A stretch of 61,640 nucleotides of DNA, filler included. It is 6 parts of 6 records of this genome, joined end to end, with 100 filler letters (N's around TTAATTAATTAA, not from the genome) between each part and the next. Parts side by side here need not be neighbours in the genome. Positions count along the whole stretch, not along the records: positions 8,588 to 26,424 come from SRR31147125_25278; positions 26,525 to 36,345 come from SRR31147125_25288; 4 more parts are not named here. One strand, 5' to 3'. The position numbers and the translations under genes are program-made. The notes beneath the pieces were generated by a model. It worked only from the letters and a program-made list of their open reading frames with translations. It was not told the origin of the DNA and ran no database searches. Within the stretch, counting starts at the first letter, position 1; each line of letters starts with the position of its first letter. Positions 21,000 to 29,862 of this stretch are shown here, piece by piece.

Positions 21000-21070
21000 C
21001 ATAGGTATACACGCACAATATTATCGGGACTGCATAGTTAGTGAGGCAGGTAAACTATATATTTCTTCCC

Positions 21071-21177
21071 GGCAATAAATATTGCAGTCCAGCCAGCATG
21101 AGTGCCAACGACACTGGTAGCTCTGTGACTTTGCGTGTACACGTTTCCATGTACTTGCCCTTTGAATATTTATACCC
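21071..21177 (-). ncRNA. c-di-GMP-I (GEMM-I) riboswitch aptamer
   Basis: Minus strand ATAAATATT-CAAAGGGCAA-GTACATG-GAAA-CGTGTAC-ACGCAAAGTC-ACAGAGCTA...ATGCTGGCTGGACT-GC-AATATTTAT: P1 of 9 bp, P2 with GAAA tetraloop, ACGCAAAG junction, P3 with receptor-like loop. Confidence 0.88.
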
Positions 21178-21183
21178 ATGAAA

Positions 21184-21212
21184 ATGCTGTCACATGTTTT
21201 GCATCTTGTCAA
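21184..21212 (-). promoter_or_regulatory. Possible sigma70 promoter for the riboswitch-mreB transcript
   Basis: Perfect TTGACA (21212-21207), then 17 nt, then a weak CAGCAT -10 just upstream of P1. Confidence 0.4.
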
Positions 21213-21319
21213 CAAAAATCGTCATATAGTGGGGAAAATAGGTGTGAGCCTTATATGATACTGTATATAGTGCCTATATGAGTCAGGGTGGGGTTGGAAG
21301 GTTTTTTCTTATGGCAGTA

Positions 21320-22705
21320 TTATTTTTTAAAGACTGCGCACCGGTTTCGCAGGGCTGTATCACATACCTTTTCTGCTTCAGCAGCAAGAAATTCTTCATC
21401 AACACCGACGAGTTTATCATCCTGATAGACGATTTTTCCGTTGATCATAGTCAGAAAAACCGGTCCGGTCACTCCAGTTCGAGCGAGAAGGTTTGCAGGG
21501 TCATGCAGGGCACCGGCCAATTCCAGACGGTTTACATCAACCATAAAAAGATCAGCCGCTTTCCCGGATTCCAAGGAGCCGAGATCAGGACGGCCCAGCA
21601 TTTTTGCACCTTCGATAGTGGCAATCTTCAGCATCTCATAGGGGGTAGGTCCTCCACTCCGATGCGATCCGTAGTGCGACTGCATGAGAAAGGCTAAACG
21701 CAGACTGTCCAGTAAATTTGAGCTGTCATTGGTGGCAGAACCATCGCACCCGAGACTGATCGACATGCCAGCCTTCTTCATAGCCGAAATATCAATTATG
21801 TGCTGACCGCCCAAAGTAATTGGTGCCGGGCAATGGGATAATCCTGTTCCGGTCTGCCCCATGATTTCATATTCATCAGGGGTTAATTCGAACCCGTGGG
21901 CATACCATACATCCGGACCTGTGAAACCGATAGCTTCACACCATTCAAGACTTCGTTTTCCCCAGCGTTCCATCATGATCCCATTCTCGCCCTCACCAAG
22001 ATGCGTATGCAGACGAATGCCCTTTTCACGGGCAAATGTGACAGATTCAGTAAAAGTCTCCTTATAGCTGTTTATCGGCTGACAGGGGGCAAGCACAATC
22101 TGACTCATGCTGAACGGTTTACTGTCATGGTAAAGATTTATCAGCCGCTCGCAGTCGTAGAGAAATTCATCTGTCGTCTCCAGCATTTCATCGGGGATGG
22201 TGCTGCCCTTACTCCTGGGAAGAGTATTTGTCCCCCGGCCGGCATGATACCGGATGCCCAGGAGTGATGCCGCTTCCATCTGGCGGTCAACAAGCTCTTT
22301 CCCTGCCGATCTCGGAAAGCAGTATTGATGATCGAAAGCTGTCGTACAGCCATGTTTGATCAGATCAGCCATTGCCGTCAGGGAAGAGTAATAGATGGCA
22401 TCGGAGGTAAATATCTGAAAGATTTTGTAGATTTCATCCAGCCATTCGATTACTGATAATTTCTGCAGGTCGATGGCCTGAAGGTTTCTGACAAAGGTTT
22501 GAAAGAAATGGTGGTGCGTATTAACCAGGCCCGGGTAGATGAATTTCCCTTCGCCCGAAATAATGTCGGCCTGATCATCTGTCAGGTCTTTCCCGATCTG
22601 CAGGATTTGCGGTCCTTCTATCAGAATATCACTGTCATGATAGACTGTATCATTCTCGTCACAACTCACAATTGCCTTTGCGTTTCTAATCAGAGTCTTT
22701 CTCAT
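21320..22705 (-). CDS. Amidohydrolase, 8-oxoguanine deaminase/AtzB-like
   Basis: PGLVNTHHHFFQT, HTHLGE, HCP, LGCDGSATND, GKAAD. Confidence 0.85.
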   Translation of the reverse strand: MRKTLIRNAKAIVSCDENDTVYHDSDILIEGPQILQIGKDLTDDQADIISGEGKFIYPGLVNTHHHFFQTFVRNLQAIDLQKLSVIEWLDEIYKIFQIFTSDAIYYSSLTAMADLIKHGCTTAFDHQYCFPRSAGKELVDRQMEAASLLGIRYHAGRGTNTLPRSKGSTIPDEMLETTDEFLYDCERLINLYHDSKPFSMSQIVLAPCQPINSYKETFTESVTFAREKGIRLHTHLGEGENGIMMERWGKRSLEWCEAIGFTGPDVWYAHGFELTPDEYEIMGQTGTGLSHCPAPITLGGQHIIDISAMKKAGMSISLGCDGSATNDSSNLLDSLRLAFLMQSHYGSHRSGGPTPYEMLKIATIEGAKMLGRPDLGSLESGKAADLFMVDVNRLELAGALHDPANLLARTGVTGPVFLTMINGKIVYQDDKLVGVDEEFLAAEAEKVCDTALRNRCAVFKK

Positions 22706-22740
22706 GGATTTCAGCCTCGTTCTTTTTTTCGTGCTAGTAT

Positions 22741-23478
22741 TTAGAGAGAAATTGCTGTTTTAAGCCCCAACTCCATCATTTTCGTGAAGGCTTTTTCCCT
22801 CTGCTCCGAGGTGGTGAACTGCTTATTCACAATACTGTCCGATATCGTCAGGATACATGCGGCATTCTTTCCCAACTCATTTGCGTTGGCAAATAATGCA
22901 AATGATTCCATCTCGACAGCTGTCAATCCGTCTTCCACAAATTTTGCGGTCGCTTCGATAAGTGCTTCTGAATAAAATACATCGCCGGATACGATTTTTG
23001 TTTCAACAATATCGATATTATTCAGTTTGGCCTGGTTTCTGATTGCGTTGTTCAGTGTTTCGGAAGGATACATATATTTTGAGTCACTGCCGTTCATTAC
23101 TTGCGCAAAAGAGGAATCGCTGTAGACAGCTGTTGCAAGCACGACATCGAAGAGATTCAGGTCTTTCGAAATTGCTCCGCTGGATCCTACTCTGATGATA
23201 TTTTCTACGCCATAAAATGCATAAAGTTCATAGGAGTAGATGCCGATGGACGGCATTCCCATGCCCGATCCCATGACAGATACCTCTTTGCCTTTATAAG
23301 TTCCGGTATATCCAAACATATTGCGGACCTTGTTGAAGCATTTGATATCTTCAAGGAACGTTTCTGCGATAAATTTTGCCCGCAGCGGGTCGCCGGGCAT
23401 TAAAACTGTCTTGGCAATCTCACCATATTTGGCTTCATTGTGCGGTGTGGGGACGTTGTTCATTTCTTCCATTTCCAT
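22741..23478 (-). CDS. deoD: Purine nucleoside phosphorylase DeoD-type
   Basis: TPHN, VLMPGDPLRAKFIA, GSGMGMPSIGIY, RVGS.G, VEMES; start after AAGGAG at 23478. Confidence 0.95.
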   Translation of the reverse strand: MEMEEMNNVPTPHNEAKYGEIAKTVLMPGDPLRAKFIAETFLEDIKCFNKVRNMFGYTGTYKGKEVSVMGSGMGMPSIGIYSYELYAFYGVENIIRVGSSGAISKDLNLFDVVLATAVYSDSSFAQVMNGSDSKYMYPSETLNNAIRNQAKLNNIDIVETKIVSGDVFYSEALIEATAKFVEDGLTAVEMESFALFANANELGKNAACILTISDSIVNKQFTTSEQREKAFTKMMELGLKTAISL

Positions 23479-23758
23479 ATTGTATACTCCTTTCATTTCT
23501 TCATTAATCAAATTTCATTCTGCTGTATCCAGAGTCTTTACCCAGACAAGTTTGCAAAATTTATTATGGATACGTATACACTATATCCTCAGGTATGGAT
23601 TTATACAATAATGGAGTTGTTCGGTGAACGTTCCTGTATATTTTGTAAGGTAATTTCGTTGCAGTGATTCTGTAAAAATAATACGATAGTGAGATCAAAC
23701 CAGTACCTGGCAGAATAGTACGAAAAGTCAGTGTTTGAGAGTCGATGAAGGAGTAATC

Positions 23759-25096
23759 ATGAAAACACCTGTCAATGTTCTTGACGGGAGTATCAAACAG
23801 CATATGCTGCGTCTTTCTATACCATCTATGGGTGGGATGCTGGCTCTCACTATTTTCAATCTGACGGACACCTATTTTGTTTCACGGTTGGGAACCGATG
23901 AATTGGCAGCAATGGGATTTACTTTTCCGGTAGTCATGATCATTGGAGCAATAGCATCCGGAATAAGTATGGGGGCAGGTTCGGTACTTGCACGGGCGGT
24001 CGGACGATCCGCTACACATAAGGCTCATCGTATTGCTACAGATGGTATATTGCTGGCAATACTGCTGGTGCTTATCGTAAGTACAGTCGGTGTTCTTTTT
24101 GTGGATGATCTTTTTCGTCTGCTTGGAGCTGAAGGTGTTGTTCTCGAACTCGTTGTTGACTATATGAGAATCTGGTTTGCCGGTGCTTTTGCGATGATCA
24201 TTCCACCTGTGGGTGATGCCGGCATGCGTGCACTGGGGGATATGAAGAGACCTTTCTTTGTGATGTTCTCCATTGCGATTGTCAACATAGTGCTGGATCC
24301 TATCTTAATTTTCGGCTATCTGGGATTTCCGGCGATGGGAATACGGGGTGCGGTTATTGCAACATTGATATCCCGATCAATCGGCGGGGTAATTTCACTC
24401 AGTTTTGTGGGATTTCACTATAAACTAATAGATTTCAGATATGATTCATGGAAAGAACTTTTTGAATCATGGAAAGAGATAATTACAATTGGTGTTCCCA
24501 ATATTATCAATCGACTGCTGCCGCAGTTAGTCAGAGCTGCCATGACACGGTTGGTAGCTGGTACTGCCGGTATCGCAGCGATAGCGGCCATCGCTGCCGG
24601 TCAGCGGATTGAAAGCTTTGCTACTGTTGCGAGTATGGGAATCGGTACTGCAATTATTCCGATCATTGGGCAGAATTACGGAAAAGGTCAGTTTGAACGG
24701 GTGAAAGCCGTCAGGAAACTGCTGATTCAGATGGCAGTGGGCTATGGTTTAATTTTATTCCTCCTTATGCTGCCGCTGGGGCGTTTTTTCGGCAGTATAT
24801 TCACTTCCGATCCGGAAGTGCTTGATCTGACGACACTCTATCTTAGAATCATCATGGTAGGTACCATGGGGTTGAATATGTATAACTGGTTGAGTGAGGC
24901 ATTCAATGCTGTGGGAAAGCCGAGGTATGTGCTCTTTATCAATTTGGTTGGTACTATACTGGTGATTTTGCCGCTGCTGTTTCTGGGTGTAGGGATTGGA
25001 GGATTTTCCGGTATGCTTATAGGACTTTGTACCGGTCAAATACTAGTGGGAATCATGGCTGTGCTGATTTCCCGTCGGAGAATTACAGACAGCTGA
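23759..25096 (+). CDS. MATE family efflux transporter
   Basis: DTYFV.RLG...LAA, NIVLDPILIFG..G.P.MGI.GA, GQNYG motifs; ~12 TM. Confidence 0.93.
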   Translation: MKTPVNVLDGSIKQHMLRLSIPSMGGMLALTIFNLTDTYFVSRLGTDELAAMGFTFPVVMIIGAIASGISMGAGSVLARAVGRSATHKAHRIATDGILLAILLVLIVSTVGVLFVDDLFRLLGAEGVVLELVVDYMRIWFAGAFAMIIPPVGDAGMRALGDMKRPFFVMFSIAIVNIVLDPILIFGYLGFPAMGIRGAVIATLISRSIGGVISLSFVGFHYKLIDFRYDSWKELFESWKEIITIGVPNIINRLLPQLVRAAMTRLVAGTAGIAAIAAIAAGQRIESFATVASMGIGTAIIPIIGQNYGKGQFERVKAVRKLLIQMAVGYGLILFLLMLPLGRFFGSIFTSDPEVLDLTTLYLRIIMVGTMGLNMYNWLSEAFNAVGKPRYVLFINLVGTILVILPLLFLGVGIGGFSGMLIGLCTGQILVGIMAVLISRRRITDS

Positions 25097-25189
25097 CAGG
25101 CCGCTGATGGTTTTGATCTGCAGTAATAGTTCAGGGTGAACCACTAGTCTGGGGCATCCAACGCTCCAGCTTACATCAATGGGGGCCAG

Positions 25190-25821
25190 TCAATCTTTTG
25201 GTGGGATATCACCACATGATCTTGCTTGCTTAAGCAGTAAAGTATTCTGCAGACGAGTACCCAGATTTGCCGCCTCATCCAGTGCATGGTTCTGAGACAG
25301 CACATCACCTTTATTAAATGCGTGCAGTACTTTTTGCGTTCCCGTAATTCTGTATCCCATAGACTGGAAACTCGAAGATAGGACATCAGCCGTGACACCC
25401 ATGTCTTTAACATCGTTCTGCTCGCAAACTGCGATGAGGGAGGCGTATTTTGGTCCAACCAGTTCCAGGTCACTTATCCATGCCGAGCGATCATTGCTGT
25501 CAAAGGAGAACAGACAATAGCAGCGATCAATAAACTTCTTCATGAATGAAGTGATGTTATAAAAATAGGTTGGCGATCCGGCCACTATGGCATCGGCATT
25601 CAGGATTTTTGGATAGAGATCCTGCATATCATCTTTTATCACACAACGATTAGTTGTCTTGCACGCCTCACAGCCGATGCAGCCATTAAAATCCATGCTG
25701 CCAAGATATATCGTCTCTACATTCCAATTTGGGCTGTCCTGAAAAGGTTTAAGAGTAGCTTCTACTAGTGAAGCTGTATTCCCTTTTTTCTGGGACTGCC
25801 GACTATGCCTAATATATTCAT
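25190..25821 (-). CDS. Iron-sulfur flavoprotein / NADPH-dependent FMN reductase (frameshift in A6 run at 25784-25789)
   Basis: True N-terminus MNILGIVGSPRK after AGGAG; one extra A joins KGNT...CIGCEAC...C, GSPTYF, K.FIDR. Confidence 0.85.
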
Positions 25822-25829
25822 GAAAACTC

Positions 25830-26318
25830 CTATTCAATTGGTCCGCTGTCGAGAACGGGTTGGGGTAGTATGTTTTCAGCATTCATCATAGATGATACCC
25901 TCTGCAGGACAGACAGAATCAAGCTTTTTTCCCAGTCCTCCAGCTTATCAAAGCGTTCCGTGAACTCCTCCTGAAGGATTGATGGATTCGAACTGAGAAT
26001 TGCTGCAGTCTTGTCGGTTAAGCTTACATAGACCTTGCGTTTATCGATTTCACTGCGGTGCCGGGATGCGAACCCCTGATGTTCCAAGCGGTCAAGGATA
26101 CTGGTAACAGTTGCCTGTGAAAGACTTACCCGTTTGGATATCTCAGAAATAGTTGCTTCGGGAGTCTTGGCGAACTCCTTCAGCACAATGAGCTGGGGGC
26201 CGGTTAAGCCATATTTTTTCGTGAGGCGTTTGGACTGTACATCAATAGCACGAATTATTTGCCGTAATGTGCTGACAACAGCATCACTAGTATCCAAGTT
26301 AGCGGTAAATGAACTCAT
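25830..26318 (-). CDS. MarR family transcriptional regulator
   Basis: GLTGPQL..L, SQATVTSILDRLE..G, DKRKV...LT. Confidence 0.92.
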   Translation of the reverse strand: MSSFTANLDTSDAVVSTLRQIIRAIDVQSKRLTKKYGLTGPQLIVLKEFAKTPEATISEISKRVSLSQATVTSILDRLEHQGFASRHRSEIDKRKVYVSLTDKTAAILSSNPSILQEEFTERFDKLEDWEKSLILSVLQRVSSMMNAENILPQPVLDSGPIE

Positions 26319-26424
26319 ATGTGTATTCCTATATCATATTCTTAAATTATTATGCACCGTAATATTGAGAATGTAAACAGTACTAAAAATTAGACAGCAA
26401 ATAATTAGAATACTAATGAAAAAA

Positions 26425-26524
26425 NNNNNNNNNNNNNNNNNNNNNNNNNNNNNNNNNNNNNNNNNNNNTTAATTAATTAANNNNNNNNNNNNNNNNNNNN
26501 NNNNNNNNNNNNNNNNNNNNNNNN
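26425..26524. other. Artificial contig spacer
   Basis: N run with TTAATTAATTAA at 26469-26480. Confidence 0.99.
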
Positions 26525-26540
26525 AAAAATTTGATATTTA

Positions 26541-27889
26541 ATGAAACGATCCTTTCATCTCAATATCATTTTCAGGATAATCCTAATTATTCTGTTTGCC
26601 TTTGGAATTGGATGGTCTGTTTTTTCCAAACAATCTCTTATTTTCTCTTCCGTATTTTTTATCGGACTTATAAGCGTTGTTTTTAGCCTAATTGAGTATC
26701 AGAATAAAGTAAATGAAAAAATCACCTATTTCTTCGAAGCTATTAAAAACGAAGACTTTAGCCAGGCGTTTCCAGAAAAGAAAGGAGATGTTATTATCCA
26801 AAAATTAAATAAAAATCTAAACGAGGTTAATAAACAAATTCAACAGATAAAAATTGAAAACCAACAACAGGAGCAATATTTTCAAGCTTTAATTGAACAT
26901 ATTGGAACTGGAATTTTAACCCACGATGAAAATGGATTTGTAATTCATGCTAACAGTTCTGTGAAAAAGCTACTTGAATTAGAGCAATTTACACATTTAA
27001 AACAATTGGAAAAAGTAGATAAACAGCTATTCCATTCGTTCACAAACATGCCTGCTCAAGGACAAAAATTAGTTACATTTCAAGGCAAACAAGGAAGCAT
27101 AAATCTTTCAATTAAATCGAGTTCATTTAAGAATAATAATAAACCACTTGCATTGTTTTCTGTACAAGATATCAATCAGGAATTGGATGAAAAAGAACTA
27201 GACTCCTGGCTTAAACTTATTCGTGTTCTTACTCATGAAATTATGAATTCAATAGCTCCAATTACGTCTCTTTCTGAAAGTATTTCAGATTATTTTCAAA
27301 AAGATGGCATCGCTATTTCACCTACTGATGTTACTGAAAAAACCGTTGCTACAACCATTCGTGGATTGGAAATTATTCGACAACAAGGAAAAAGCCTGAT
27401 CAGTTTTGTTGATTCGTATCGAAAACTAACACGATTGCCTAAACCAGAAAAAAGAAAATACAAATACACGAGTTTCTTGAAAGAATACTTACCCTAAATA
27501 AGCCTGAACTTGATGATTACGGAATATCAATCTCAATTTCTAATATCCAATCTGATCTGACCATCTTAGCTGATGAAAAAATGATTGCTCAGGTACTAAT
27601 CAATCTGATTAAAAATGCGAAAGAAGCTCTTTCGAATACTGAAAATGGGGAAATTGAACTTCTGGCAGGAGTAAACAAGAAAGGAAGAACTGAAATTTGT
27701 ATAAAGGATAATGGACCCGGCATACCAAAAGAATTAATTGACCAGATATTTGTACCTTTTTTTACAACTCATGAAAAAGGCTCCGGAATTGGACTGAGTT
27801 TATCAAGGCAAATAATGAGGCTTCATGCAGGTAGTTTAACTGTTTCAACGATACCGGATAAACAAACAATCTTCTGCTTAATATTTTAA
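26541..27889 (+). CDS. Membrane PAS sensor histidine kinase (NtrY-like, Bacteroidota); frameshift in A6 run at 27448-27453
   Basis: LTHEIMNS H-box in the first ORF; N/G1/F/G2 boxes in the second; one extra A gives a continuous 449-aa protein. Confidence 0.88.
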
Positions 27890-28991
27890 TATTTTTCTTG
27901 TTTTAAATTAAGGCTAAAAATGAAATTTGATCCGACACCAGGTTCTGACTCAACCAGAATAGTTCCCTGATGAAGATCAACTATTTTTTTACAATGAGCT
28001 AATCCAATACCACTTCCTTCAAATTCGCTAGTATCATTTAATCGCTGAAATATTGTAAATATCTTCTTTCTATTGTCTTCTCTAATGCCAATTCCATTAT
28101 CCTTTATAGAGAATTGCCAGCCTCTATCAATCTTTTCTGCTGAAAGCTCTATGATTGGTTTTATATTTGGTTGTCTAAATTTTATTGCGTTACCAATTAG
28201 GTTTTGAAACAATAAACGAAGTTCAAGTTCATATCCCCATACTTCAGGCAAGCCGTTAAAATATATATTAGCGTCACTTTTAACAATAGCCCCACGCAAA
28301 TCATCCAAAACAGATTTAACAAGCAGTTTTGAATCCACTTTCTTTAATTCAGCATTCGTTCCAAGTCTACAAAATTCCAGCAACCCGCCAATTAAATCTT
28401 TCATTCTTGATGCCGAGTCAATAATAAATTTGTAAACCTTATCATGCTCAACATCAAGTTCATATTTTTCTGAATTCTGTAATAAATCAGTCCAGCTCAA
28501 AATTGTGTTTAATGGTTCTTGCAAATCATGGGAAGCTATATAGTTAAACTGCTCAAGCTCACTATTTCTAATTTCTAATTCATTGGTTCTTTTGCGTAAA
28601 AGCTGCTCGCTCTTTTTACGTTCAGTAATATCAATTATAGCTGCTAAAACATACATTCCATACTCCGTATCAATCGGATTTAACCCAATCTCGACCGGAA
28701 ATTCCTTTCCCTCCTTTTTCAAGGCGAACAAATCTCGACCACTCCCCATTTGGCGGGTAATCGGATTTTTAAATACATCTGAATAAAATTGAAATGGTTT
28801 TTTTTGAATCGATTTGGAATCAACATTTCCAAAGATTGTCCTTCCAACTCCTCCTTTTTATATTGAAACAACTCTTCAGTAAAAGCATTTGCATATACGA
28901 TTGAGCCTTGTGAATCTACAAGAATTAATGAATTTGGCGATGCCTCAATCATTAATTGGAAAGTAATATCATTTTGAAACTTATAAACCAT
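27886..28991 (-). CDS. Cytoplasmic PAS-PAC histidine kinase; frameshift at ~28766-28773
   Basis: PAS domain split across two ORFs; ASHDLQEPL H-box, NLIGNAIKF, DNGIG, GSGIGL; one base restores ~368 aa. Confidence 0.88.
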
Positions 28992-29076
28992 TTAAAATAA
29001 ATACTCTAGTTGCTTATTACTGAATAAGACAAAGAAAGCTTCAATAGAGTTCAATAATGATCCATTTTTATTGCTT

Positions 29077-29109
29077 AAAAGAAAAAGGGCGAGAAATACT
29101 TCTCACCCA
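29077..29109 (-). terminator. Intrinsic terminator after the PspC operon
   Basis: GGGTGAGAA-GTAT-TTCTCGCCC followed by TTTTTCTTTT on the minus strand. Confidence 0.7.
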
Positions 29110-29140
29110 AAATCAAATATTATGCTGTTTAATACTTAAT

Positions 29141-29338
29141 CTATTCTGCAGTTTTAGGATAAGGCATTGCGAATGCCAAAATAATGTATACAATTATCAT
29201 TAGAGGATTGAAGAATGTAAGTACAACAAAACCGAGCCTAGTCAATAACGGATCTAACTCAGGATTAATATACTCAGACAATCCTCCGCAAACACCTGCA
29301 ACTATCCGATCGTATGATTTTGTTAATCGTTTTACCAT
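29141..29338 (-). CDS. pspC: Small PspC domain protein
   Basis: KRLTKS.DR.VAGVCGGL.EY...DP...R...Y.I....MP. Confidence 0.88.
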   Translation of the reverse strand: MVKRLTKSYDRIVAGVCGGLSEYINPELDPLLTRLGFVVLTFFNPLMIIVYIILAFAMPYPKTAE

Positions 29339-29350
29339 GATTCTACTGTT

Positions 29351-29851
29351 TTAATCATTTGAAAAGCTTAAGCCGACTTCCTTAATTCCATCGGCATCAT
29401 CAACATCAAAATCTCCAAAAAAGGAAATTAGAAAGTGCATATCTGAAGGAGAATCATTTTTAATAAATAAATGGAACTCTTTCACCTTTTTCTTATTGCC
29501 AAGTTTCCAAATTTCAGCATCATTATCATCTCCATCAAGTTTAAGTTTGTCATACGCTGATGGCAATAAATCCAATGCTCTATTAATAAAAGAAGGACCT
29601 GAAAGATTTCCTTTTTGAGGATTATATGATAAAAATTTTATTTCATGAAGATCTCCAGTTATCGTCTTGTTTTCATCATCCAAATCTATATTGAAAGCAT
29701 CTTTCATATTTTTATTGAATGAAAAATAAGTAACCCCTTCTTTATTCCGAAATGTATCAAAAACTTTATCCGATTTGCTTTGTCCGAAAAGTCCTGTGGC
29801 TGCAGCCATCAAGCTGATTATTAATAGTACAATTAATGACTTCTTTTTCAT
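29351..29851 (-). CDS. DUF4252-like secreted protein
   Basis: Signal peptide; F..F.NKEGVTY; C-terminal FL.SF.GD. Confidence 0.7.
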   Translation of the reverse strand: MKKKSLIVLLIISLMAAATGLFGQSKSDKVFDTFRNKEGVTYFSFNKNMKDAFNIDLDDENKTITGDLHEIKFLSYNPQKGNLSGPSFINRALDLLPSAYDKLKLDGDDNDAEIWKLGNKKKVKEFHLFIKNDSPSDMHFLISFFGDFDVDDADGIKEVGLSFSND

Positions 29852-29862
29852 GACTTAATTAA

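Noticed and set aside
20851-21215. Short ORFs 20851-21078 and 21021-21215
   Set aside because: They overlap the riboswitch and terminator, lack an RBS and show no protein features.
22741-23478. deoD as a Spiroplasma fibril (Fib) homologue near the mreB cluster
   Set aside because: Fib derives from an MTA/SAH nucleosidase fold and is about twice this length. This is an ordinary DeoD with intact motifs, paired with a purine deaminase-like gene and outside the riboswitch unit.
23480-23700. Purine riboswitch upstream of deoD
   Set aside because: Conserved core motifs (TATAAT...ATATGG...GTTTCTACC...CCGTAAA) are not present.
25784-25789. Programmed -1 frameshift in the flavoprotein gene (A_AAA_AAG)
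   Set aside because: Losing one A from an Arg-Lys-Lys-Gly A run automatically creates this motif, and the window shows systematic homopolymer errors.
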